Positions 22,241-32,480 of a stretch of DNA of 34,459 nucleotides are shown here, piece by piece. This DNA is from Neoechinorhynchus agilis. Lineage: Eukaryota > Animalia > Acanthocephala. Where the stretch lies: assembly GCA_051530055.1 (NCBI GenBank), contig JBMGUZ010000026.1, positions 1-34,459 of the forward strand, written 5' to 3'. The notes beneath the pieces were generated by a model. The model had not been told where the DNA came from. It did not search any database and worked only from the letters and a program-made list of their open reading frames with translations. Positions within the stretch are counted from its first letter, which is position 1, and each line of letters begins with the position of its first letter. Made by a program: the position numbers and the translations under genes.

Positions 22241-22350
22241 TGTTTTTTTTTGTTGGAACGCGAAAAGAGAACGAAGCGATCGTGTGACGCGGAAGAACAG
22301 TCAAAATGACGTCACGTGCGTCTTTGTGGTGTCATCGAAACACCGTTGAA
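22241..22350. promoter_or_regulatory. Compact bidirectional promoter RPL23/PBX
   Basis: 110 bp between divergent starts; minus-strand TCT/TOP-like CTCTTTTC at 22262-22269; GCGGAAG (ETS-like) and overlapping TGACGTCA/CACGTG palindromes near 22288-22318. Confidence 0.6.
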
Positions 22351-22621
22351 ATGGGAAAAAAGCACAATATGCAATCGACGGACTGGTCCAAGGCACTTTT
22401 GTCAATTACACAACAAGCGCTCGAACAGGCGCAAGAGAGCAAACAAGCGCTCAATAAACATCCACTTAAACCATTGCTTTATCAGGTTTTGTGTGAACTC
22501 AAACGATCCGCAACTCCACAAGTCGATCTGGGTCCTTTTGATTCCGATGTCGATGAACAGCTCGTACGTCTTGATACAATGCTCATCGCCGAAGGTGTAG
22601 CTCTTCCGGACGTTGGAAACA
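22351..22621 (+). CDS. PBX: PBX/extradenticle exon 1 (PBC-A domain)
   Basis: LLSITQQALEQAQESKQALNKHPLKPLLYQVLCELK...QLVRLDTMLIAEGVA matches PBC-A; phase-1 donor GTATTT at 22622; upstream in-frame ATG at 22306 is an alternative start. Confidence 0.9.
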
Positions 22622-22663
22622 GTATTTGTGCCTTTGAAAGCAGGAGGGTCGAGTCTAGGCATG

Positions 22664-25533
22664 CTTTTCGAGAAATTAAAGTTTTCTTATTTGGAAACGC
22701 ACAGGAGGTTTATTTCATCAGAATAGCGATTTTTGTTACATGTTCAAGTCTCGGGTTTTTCTTTTCGAGAATTTAAACTTTTGTTTTTGAAAACGCAGAG
22801 GTTTCATCAGAATCGCGATTTTTGTTTTATGTTCCAGTCTCGGTTTTTTTTCGAGAATTTAAAGTTTGGTCATGAAAATGTCTAGTTGGTTTCTTCTATC
22901 AGAAGCGCGATTTTTGTTTTATGTTCGAATCTCGCTGTTTCTGAAGAAATTAGAGCTCGTCCCTTAATGGAGATTGGTCTCAGAATCGCGAGTTTTGTTG
23001 ATTTGTTTACGTTCGATTCCCACTGTTTTCTTTTCGAGAAATAAGACATCGTTCTTTAGTGGGGGTTGGTCCCAGAATCGCGAGTTTTGTTGATTTGTTT
23101 ACGTTCGATTCCCACTGTTTTCTTTTCGCGAAATTAGACCTCGTTCTTTAATGGGGTTTGGTCCCAGTCCCAGAATCATGAGTTTTGTTGATTTGTTTAC
23201 GTTTGATTCTCGCTGTTTTCTTTTCGAGAAATTAGACCTCGTTCTTTAATGGGGTTTGGTCCCAGAATCGCGAGTTTTGTTGATTTGTTTACGTTCGATT
23301 CTCGCTCTTTTCTTTAAAGAAATTAGAGCTCGTTCTTTAATGGGGTTTGGTCTCAGAATCGCGAGTTTTGTTGATTTGTTTATGTTCGAATCTCGCTGTT
23401 TCTGAAGAAATTAGAGCTCGTTCCTTAATGGAGATTGGTCTCAGAATCATGAGTTTTGTTGATTTGTTTACGTTTGATTCTCGCTGTTTTCTTTGAGAAA
23501 TTAGACATCGTTCTTTAATGGGGTTTGGTCCCAGAATCGCGAGTGTTGTTGATTTGTTTACGTTCGATTCTCGCTGTTTCTGAAGAAATTAGAGCTCGTC
23601 CCTTAATGGAGATTGGTCTCAGAATCATGAGTTTTGTTGATTTGTTTACGTTTGATTCTCGCTGTTTTCTTTTCGAGAAATTAGACATCGTTCTTTAATG
23701 GGGTTTGGTCCCAGAATCGCGAGTGTTGTTGATTTGTTTACGTTCGATTCTCGCTGTTTTCTTTGAAGAAATTAGAGCTCGTTCTTTAATGGGGGTTGGT
23801 CCCAGAATCACGAGTTTTGTTGATTTGTTTACGTTCGATTATCGCTGTTTTCTTTGAAGAAATTAGAGCTCGTTCTCTAATGGGGATTGGTCTCAGAATC
23901 GCGAGTTTTGTTGACTTGTTTACGTTCGATTCTCGCTGCTTCTGAAGAAATTAGACCTCGTTCTTTAATTGGGGTTAGTCCCAGAATCATGAGTTTTGTT
24001 GATTTGTTTACGTTTGATTCTCGCTGTTTTCTTTTCGAGAAATTAGACATCGTTCTTTAATGGGGTTTGGTCCCAGAATCGCGAGTTTTGTTGATTTGTT
24101 TACGTTCGATTCTCGCTCTTTTCTTTGAAGAAATTAGAGCTCGTTCTTTAATGGGGTTTGGTCTCAGAATCGCGAGTTTTGTTGATTTGTTTATGTTCGA
24201 ATCTCGCTGTTTCTGAAGAAATTAGAGCTCGTTCCTTAATGGAGATTGGTCTCAGAATCATGAGTTTTGTTGATTTGTTTACGTTTGATTCTCGCTGTTT
24301 TCTTTTCGAGAAATTAGACATCGTTCTTTAATGGGGTTTGGTCCCAGAATCGCGAGTGTTGTTGATTTGTTTACGTTCGATTCTCGCTGTTTCTGAAGAA
24401 ATTAGAGCTCGTCCCTTAATGGAGATTGGTCTCAGAATCATGAGTTTTGTTGATTTGTTTACGTTTGATTCTCGCTGTTTTCTTTTCGAGAAATTAGACA
24501 TCGTTCTTTAATGGGGTTTGGTCCCAGAATCGCGAGTGTTGTTGATTTGTTTACGTTCGATTCTCGCTGTTTTCTTTAAAGAAATTAGAGCTCGTTCTTT
24601 AATGGGGGTTGGTCCCAGAATCACGAGTTTTGTTGATTTGTTTACGTTCGATTATCGCTGTTTTCTTTGAAGAAATTAGAGCTCGTTCTCTAATGGGGAT
24701 TGGTCTCAGAATCGCGAGTTTTGTTGACTTGTTTACGTTCGATTCTCGCTGCTTCTGAAGAAATTAGACCTCGTTCTTTAATTGGGGTTAGTCCCAGAAT
24801 CATGAGTTTTGTTGATTTGTTTACGTTTGATTCTCGCTGTTTTCTTTTCGAGAAATTAGACATCGTTCTTTAATGGGGTTTGGTCCCAGAATCGCGAGTT
24901 TTGTTGATTTGTTTACGTTCGATTCTCGCTCTTTTCTTTGAAGAAATTAGAGCTCGTTCTTTAATGGGGTTTGGTCTCAGAATCGCGAGTTTTGTTGATT
25001 TGTTTATGTTCGAATCTCGCTGTTTCTGAAGAAATTAGAGCTCGTTCCTTAATGGAGATTGGTCTCAGAATCGCGAGTTTTGTTGATTTGTTTACGTTCG
25101 ATTCTCGCTGTTTCTGAAGAAATTAGAGCTCGTCCCTTAATGGAGATTGGTCTCAGAATCGCGAGTTTTGTTTATTTGTTTACGTTTGATTCTCGCTGTT
25201 TTCTTTTCGAGAAATTAGACCTCGTTCTTTAATGGGGTTTGGTCCCAGAATCGCGAGTGTTGTTGATTTGTTTACGTTCGATTCTCGCTGTTTTCTTTGA
25301 AGAAATTAGAGCTCGTTCCTTAATGGAGATTGGTCTCAGAATCGCGAGTTTTGTTGATTTGTTTACGTTCGATTCTCGCTGTTTTCTTTGAAGAAATTAG
25401 AGCTCGTTCTTTAATTGGGGTTAGTCCCAGAATCATGAGTTTTGTTGATTTGTTTACGTTCGATTATCGCTGTTTTCTTTGAAGAAATTAGACTTCGTTC
25501 TCTAATGGGGTTTGGTCTCAGAACCGCGAGTTT
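22664..25533. repeat. Intronic satellite, 88-92-bp monomer, about 32 copies, with a ~812-bp 9-mer higher-order repeat
   Basis: Monomer GGTCCCAGAATCGCGAGTTTTGTTGATTTGTTTACGTTCGATTCTCGCTGTTTTCTTTGAAGAAATTAGAGCTCGTTCTTTAATGGGGTTT; diagnostic variants recur at 811-813 bp. Confidence 0.97.
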
Positions 25534-26251
25534 GTACGTTTCTCATACAGAAATGCCGAGGTTTCGAACTTTAGTGAATTTTGGGATAATTTTTTTTACT
25601 TATTTTTTGTTGAAAAGATAATTCATTGTTATTTGTTGATAGGAGTGATAAATGAAATTAAGATTTTATTGGATATTTCGATCTGCTATCTCGGATAAGA
25701 TCCGAGATACGAAAATGCTCCTTGAAGATAGGAGTTATTAGTTTCAATTTTGAGATGGAATGGAATTCCGGTTAAGCGCAGGATTCACTATAATTTTAGA
25801 TCGAAAATCACGAATACGAGAAATGCTTTAATTAGGAGCGGGAAATCTAAATAATTTTACATTTTTATAAATCATTTTCGCATTCTGAGACATTATCAAT
25901 CTTTTCAAACCATTTCGAAAACTGTGATTTTTAATCTGAGATTGATAGAAAAAGTAATAGGACGATGACGTCTAAACTGAAAATGTTTTAAGTATCGATT
26001 ATTTTTCTTAAAACCGCAGTGCACGAATCGTCCATTTTATTGGGATCTTCCAAAAAATTTCCGTCAATTATCAACTATTATTGTTGTACAAAAAAAGCTA
26101 AAGTATGTTTCGAATTGCGGATCATTAGCGTATTATGCGGCTCTTTTTAAGGTTAAATTGGAAAAAAACCCAGGTTGATCTACAACCTTTTTTCCTTAAA
26201 TTTGTAATTCGATCGAGTTTTTCCTTCGAGGGGTTCATTTTCTCTACACAT

Positions 26252-26346
26252 CGAGTTTTTCCCTCCTCGAGATTTGATAGCTACTAATAAGGAGGTTGAG
26301 GCCTCGAAAATTTTCATGTTTACAAATCTCGAGGAAGGAAAACTCG
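26252..26346. repeat. ~24-bp inverted repeat just upstream of the PBX exon 2 acceptor
   Basis: CGAGTTTTTCCCTCCTCGAGATTTG (26252-26276) versus CAAATCTCGAGGAAGGAAAACTCG (26323-26346). Confidence 0.8.
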
Positions 26347-26367
26347 CCGTATAGATTAAATTTATAG

Positions 26368-26780
26368 ATTTAAAATCGATCTCACAACTGAACCACTGCT
26401 ATAATAACAAGACATTGGAGAGTGCGGACGTTGCTGCTTCCTTAGAAACCACTGAGGAATATAGAGCGAAACTTGAACAAATTCGAACGGTGTACCGCCG
26501 TGAGCTAGAAAAGTACGAACAAGCTTGTAACGAGTTCTGTACTCACGTTCTGAATCTTTTGCGGGAACAAGCAACAACACGGCCAATTGGAGATGTGGAA
26601 ATTGACCGAATGGTTCAAATAATCCGAAAGCGGTTCGCTCGAATTCAAGTTCAACTTAAACAAAATACATGTGAAGCCATAATGATGCTACGGTCTCGAC
26701 TTTTGGATGCTAGACGTAAGCGTAAGAATTTTGGACGACAAGCGACTGAAATTTTAAACGAATATTTTTATTCCCATTTA
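26368..26780 (+). CDS. PBX: PBX exon 2 (PBC-B and homeodomain helix 1, ending at YSHL)
   Basis: Phase-1 acceptor TTTATAG at 26367 joins exon 1 in frame; YRAKLEQIR...[12 protein letters not shown]...[42 protein letters not shown]. Confidence 0.92.
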
Positions 26781-26830
26781 TGACGGTGTGGATCACTCGA
26801 GTACTCTTCTAAAGACGATCCATACTTGTA

Positions 26831-27145
26831 AGTAATCCATACCCGAGCGAACAAGCGAAAGAAGAACTAGCTCGTAAGTGCGGCATTACAGTAAGTCAAG
26901 TTAGTAATTGGTTCGGAAACAAAAGGATTCGGTACAAGAAGAATATTGGGAAAAATGATCCTAATTTTTACAAGTACGCCACTGGTGTTGCTAACAATTG
27001 CGGCAATAATGCGGATATTGGCAGTGGAGATGGACGTAGATCGAGTTCACCAATGAAAGATACCGTTGAGTCTTCGACTAACTCAGTTCTTAATGGATCG
27101 CCGTCTTTAAATGACCGAAGAAGTAACGATTCGGCAGATAGATGA
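26831..27145 (+). CDS. PBX: PBX homeodomain remainder and C-terminus (resumes after a 50-nt insertion)
   Basis: [41 protein letters not shown], open to TGA at 27143-27145; absent from the ORF track because it has no ATG. Confidence 0.9.
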   Translation, partial: SNPYPSEQAKEELARKCGITVSQVSNWFGNKRIRYKKNIGKNDPNFYKYATGVANNCGNNADIGSGDGRRSSSPMKDTVESSTNSVLNGSPSLNDRRSNDSADR

Positions 27146-27933
27146 AAAACTTAAGTAATCAGATTAAGTTTGAAAAATGGCTCTGTTTTGAAAAACGAGC
27201 CTGAAACTTTTGATTGACTGATGAGAATTATTGCAATCGCGTGTTTTTCCGAACCAAATACGGACATTTGCCCAATTCACATCATGTCCAATATTTTATA
27301 TTTGTTTTTCTGTTTTCATTAACGAACAGCTCTATAAAATGCGAATGCTACTTGAGGTTTAGAGCTTAAATAAAAATTCTAAAATATTTTTTCGACTGAC
27401 TATTTTTACTGAGCGGTCTCTTTGATTTTTTTTCGACCATAAATCCAATTTTGTTGATAAGATTTAAGATTTTTCGCGTTTGCTCTTATGATTCTATTTG
27501 AAAACTGAACTTGCATTCTATTTGAAGATTGAATTATTCATGTTTTTATGGAGGAAAATTAAAGGAATTTATAAAATCCAATATTTCGAAGCCACAAACT
27601 CGTGCCTCTATCTTTACATTTTCAACTTTTGTTTAAAGAATAACAACGTGTGCTTACAACTGTGAATATTCATTGTATTTTTCTCAATTTCGTATTTTTT
27701 AATTAGAAGAAATTCGAACATTTTTATTCGTTTCATAGTAAAGTTTATATTAATGATTTTGTACAATTTTCGATTTCGAACGCTAAAAGTTCCGATGGGA
27801 ATGGCATGTCCATTGCCTCAGGGATGCATCCAATATTCGTTTATGGAAAGGCGAAATTCGAGTAAGAGCTATAAAATATAGCTTTAATTTGAAAAACGAA
27901 AAAATTATGCCTTTCTCATTCGAAACATTTTAG

Positions 27934-30390
27934 ATGTTTTCAAAGAATAAATTAAGCTGTAAGATCGTTCAGTTTGTCCGGAACTACAGGAATCGGTCTC
28001 CGAACTTTGACAAAACAATCGATCACCGTTTATCTCAAGCTGGTCGATCCCTCATTGTTCAGGTAAGAGAATTTTAGTTACTAAATTCGATAAGTGTTGT
28101 TGTTGATCTTAGATTGGTAGAGCGAATACCGAAAATGCGATCGTTGATCACTGTCAACGGTACGGCCAACTCCATAAAGTCTACATAGCAAATGTCGGGA
28201 AGGTTTGGCTTACGTTTGTATCAAACTTTCAAACTCTTCAAAGAACATTGCACTGTTGGAGTTCTGTTCACGGTCAGACCTAAAGCGAATGCTGAGAGAT
28301 TGCCACCATTTCGATAATGTCGCTCGACATCCAGTCCGAACCCGACAAGTCTATTTCCATTCATTAAACAACTCACTTGAACGAGATAATCCACTAATTG
28401 AAGTTGTACCCAGTCGACCATCGATGGAAATGGTTATGGCCAACTTGAGATCTACTGATGATGTAAGCCATTGTGACTATTTTAAGCTTCTAACGTGCGT
28501 TTCATTTGAGAGACGAGCCTTCAAATGAAGCGATTTTGGGCCTATACTAAAATGACCGAAATAGATGTTCGGTTAAGATTCTTTGTTGCATCCATTTTAC
28601 AAGGTAATTTTTATCTCTCCTTTGCTATTATTAGGTTAGATTGTGGTTTCACTTTAAATATTCCCATTTCGTCAGCCGTGAGGGTATCCTTTTTTTAAAT
28701 GAATAAAGCCACTTTAAACCATTTGGTTGGACTCATCTTTAGATCTTAACCGAAAATCCTCATACATGTACTCGCCGTTGCTTCCTATGATTTCCATCAG
28801 CTTCTCAGCACTTTTATCTAATCATCTTTTCAAGATTTAAAATTCGAGTTTTGCGTATCCTCTATATTGATCGTATAAATACCTTTTTTGTTGTACTTGA
28901 TCTTCGTACTGACTCATTTAATAAATTTCATTGGGAAACTTTATTCGTTTTCTAAGAATATCTTTGTAAAGAATTGTTTGACTTAACGATGGTTTTAACA
29001 AAAATGTGAAATCCTCATTATTAGACGCGTTCACGGGTCTCTTTCCTGAATGTACCTGCTTGCCGTTTGGATCATCTGTGAGCCACTTGGGGCGTTCTGA
29101 CTGCGACCTCGATCTGGTGTTTTGCTTCGAAGATTACCGAAATGAGGTTCGTTAATAGGTCCTCAAACCTCTTACAAAACTGCACTTAGATTGAGAAAGT
29201 CAATGAAAGTAGATTTCAATTTCTGACAAAGAAAAGTTTCTTATCTGACCGACTACAAGCACAAATCTATCTAAAGGTCCCTGCTTTGCAACGAAATGTA
29301 TCAACGTTTAAAAAATTCTTTAGATCTTTGCTGATGTTATAAAGCATTTCATTCCAGAATGCTTCGAAGTTCAAATAATCTTACCAGCCAAAGTACCTAT
29401 TGTGAGGTTCTTCCACCGGTCTTCTGGAGTTTGGTGTGATATCTCGATGAGCGACTTTACAGGCTCTTATTACATGAGCAAACTTTTGTCGACTTTAAGT
29501 AGAATCGATGGACGAGTGGCTCCTTTGTTTTTCTCTATCCGACATTGGGCCAAACAAACAGGTATGTGGCGGTGGGGAAATTATAAAAAAAGAATGAATT
29601 ATATTGAAATATTTCGTCCAATCGCACTGGACTTCTTCAGTCAGGTATTGCTTGTAAGTTTCTAAATGTGGCAATACCTGACTGAAGAAGTCCAGTGCGA
29701 TCGGACGAAATATTTCAATATAATTCATTCTTTGATATGATTTATTTACCTCCACATACTCATGGAATTTATCTTTGAACAAGCAGGTGTTACAAGGTCG
29801 AATCCGGGCCCATGGATTTCTAATTTCCAGCTTACAATACTTACAATCTACTTCCTTCAACAACTCTCAAAACCGATAATTCCAAAACTTGTTTCTTCAA
29901 CTTCTGAACAACACAACGAACTAAGAATATCATCGTTAACAACAAAAAACTCCGACACACTCAGTGAGTTTAAACAACGCACTGGTATTTGATTGTATCG
30001 TTGGTTGTGTTAACATTAGGCGACCTCCTTTTCGGATTCTTTCAATTTTACAAGGATTTCAATCCATCAGAAACTGTAATGAGTTTGTATGAATCGCCTG
30101 CGCTACCTGACGTTAACCTGCGATTTCCACTCATGATTGAAAATCCACTATCTCCTGGCCTATGTGCCAGTAAAAACATCTCATTAGCCGAGTGGGAACG
30201 ATTTAAGAGCATCTGTGAGCACGCATGCAGTATAATGAACGCAAACGGAAATCTATGTGAACTGTTCGCTCAACAAGAAACGCCTTCAAACTCGCTTGAC
30301 ATGGCGTATCCATCTCCGGTTTATGTCGCACCGGACATCGACAACGATTTTGATTTTGAAACCGAAACGATAAAGGAAAGTTTTAAATAA
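27934..30390 (+). CDS. MTPAP: Mitochondrial poly(A) polymerase; exons 27934-28062, 28113-28202, 28244-28462, 28513-28603, 29025-29146, 29190-29276, 29324-29561, 29787-29963, 30020-30390 (~507 aa)
   Basis: All junctions are GT-AG and frame-consistent; RSLIVQ, RLRFFVAS, PFGSSVSHLGRSDCDLDL, AKVPIVRFFH..CDISM, GPWISNFQLT and IENPL motifs. Confidence 0.9.
29562..29759. repeat. Long intronic hairpin in MTPAP intron 7
   Basis: 63-bp arms 29589-29651 and 29671-29733 with one mismatch and a 19-nt loop; outer arms GTATGTGGCGGT / ACCTCCACATAC extend to the 5' splice site. Confidence 0.95.
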
Positions 30391-30494
30391 AATTAAAGTT
30401 GACGTGAATTTCTTTTACAAAGCGGACCTTTTATTACAATTGAAAAAATGTCCCCCTTTGGGTACTCATAAACACTCGAGTTCTAAAAGGTTAA

Positions 30495-31230
30495 ATGAAT
30501 GTGGCAGTTGATTTTGGAGTGAATTGCGGATCCGATAAGGTGGGAAAGTTGGTGATTATTGTTGTTTGTAGAAAAGTTTGTGAGGTTGGGTCTTTCCTCA
30601 AGTTCATTTCGATTGGGCAACGTGGAAAAAGGAGCGTAGGTAGAGGGGCGTGCGAGTACCGATAGGATAAATGAATACGGCTGTTGATTTTGGAGTGGAC
30701 AACGAGCTCGTTCGGGTCGGGAAAGTTGGTGGTTATTGTTTGTTGCGGAGTTTGTGTGGTTGGTATTTCCTCAGGTTCATTTCAGGTGATGATATTCGAG
30801 AAGATTGGGAAGTATGGAAAAAGGAGCGGAGGTACAAGGATGTGCGAGTACTGATAGGATAAATGAATGTGGCTGTAGATTCTGAAGTGGATTGCGGGTT
30901 CGGCCGGGTCGGGAAAGTTGACGGTTATTGTTTTCTAGGGAATTTGTGAGGTTGGGTCTCTCCTCAGGTTCGTTTCGGGTCTCGATATCCAAGAAGATTG
31001 GGCAGCGTGGAAAAAGGAGCGGAGGTACAGGAAATTGCGAGATCTGATAGGATAAATGAATGTGGCAGTTGATTTTGGAGTGGATAGCGGGCTCGGTAGG
31101 GTGGGAAAGTTGGCGGTTATTGTTTGTTGTGGAGTTTGTGTGGTTGGGTCTTTCCTCAGGTTCATTTCGATTGGGCAGGGTGGAAAAAGGAGCGTAGGTA
31201 GAGGGGCGTGCGAGGTATACGAGGATGAAA
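30495..31230 (-). repeat. Four tandem ~175-193-bp copies of the LINE ORF end / 3' UTR
   Basis: Units start at 30495, 30671, 30863 and 31056 (ATGAAT.GGC.GT.GATT.TG.AGTG); each encodes an LRSFFH-like piece on the minus strand. Confidence 0.85.
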
Positions 31231-32070
31231 TGAATTTGGGTTACGAGTGTTGTGCTCAAGTGAAAAGTGGTAAAAATTGTGGTCTGGTTGATAAGCGTTT
31301 TGATTGTTTGTTGAACATTTTATAAAGGTATTCGGTGAGAGGGGGAAGTCAATTGTCCGAATTTTAGAAGCTCTCTTGTGAAACATTTCAAGACGGCGGA
31401 TTTGAGATTTGGACAAGTTGCGAAAGACGGGATAACCGCAGGTGAGGGATGGTAAAATAAAGCAGAAGTAAAATTTGTAGAGAAAGGGTGAATGATTCCT
31501 AGATAAATTTTAAAGGCGTTTAGCTTGACGGCGAGAGTGATGTGCGAGTTCCATTTCAAATTGGATACCCAGAATTCTGAGGAAAGGTGACTCGTAGGAT
31601 GTCATTTAGAATCTCAGGGGAGGAAGCGGGTAGAATTGATATTGGACGCAATGAATCGGTAGAAATGAGATGTCCATTTTTGGGAGGAATAATAGCTTTA
31701 TTGTGAAGATAAGATTCGAGCTAGCAGATCTGCTACGCGTTTATGAATTTGTTTATCATTGTGTGAGTGTAGACGTCGGTAGAAGTCACGGCGATGACGT
31801 AATTTGGTACGAATGCCAGTTGTATTCTGCTTACGCGGAAGAACGCTCCAGTCGTCGATTATATTTGGGTTTTTTTTGTTGGCAAGGTGCCGAAAATGAT
31901 TTTGATTTGCATTTGTCTATTTTTGCAGGGAGTGTGTTTTGTTCAGTCCATTGATGAATGGGTTGATGTATTTGAATCTGCATACCAGCACGGTATTGTC
32001 GGTGAGCGATCTCAAAGCACTTTTGGTGATGCCGATGATATTTTAAGCATAGTCCTTTCTTCGTCACTCA
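31162..32070 (-). mobile_element. CR1/L2-like LINE, decayed RT C-terminal half
   Basis: TDNTVLV (YADD-like), WTEQNTL..DKCK, KWNSHI, FILPSLTCGYPVF, QIRRLEMFHKRA and HNTRN...RSFF motifs across frames. Confidence 0.7.
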
Positions 32071-32109
32071 GTTCTTAAAAAAATTACCACAATTTTAACT
32101 CCTCCAACA

Positions 32110-32480
32110 TTAAGAAATTTACCAGGGTTCTAGGAATCGACTTCCCCTCCAAGACATTTAGATTTTTAATTAATTCTTCGATTAATAAGACCTTTCTAAA
32201 AATCAAATATTTTCTTCATAGAGCCAAATATCTTGATTTGAATGTTAACATTATATTACCCGTTCTAAAAACTCTCAAAGGAGGCTCTATCTGTTTTTTA
32301 GGGAGAGGTCGGCCTCCTGAACTTAGGTTTGCCTTCTTTTTTAGATGTTTTAATAAGCTTCATAAACTTTCATCAAATTATAATCTTATTCATGAGCCTC
32401 TTTTATCTTTCCTCTCACGCTTATTTGGGAAAAATCTTATTCTTCTCTTCATTTTCTAATAAAGGTAAGTTCTTTATATC
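32110..32480 (+). mobile_element. Probable LINE RT C-terminal remnant
   Basis: RVLGIDF and QRRLYLF pieces; very degenerate. Confidence 0.3.

Noticed and set aside
22622-22776. C-terminal part of ORF 22306-22776 as real coding sequence
   Set aside because: PBX homology ends at the GTATTT donor; the remainder is read-through into intron and proto-satellite
22664-25533. CRISPR-like array
   Set aside because: Monomers are contiguous with no unique spacers, the context is a eukaryotic intron, and no cas genes are present
29495-29863. Minus-strand 122-aa ORF over MTPAP intron 7
   Set aside because: Produced by the palindromic hairpin and the antisense of adjacent exons; no independent support
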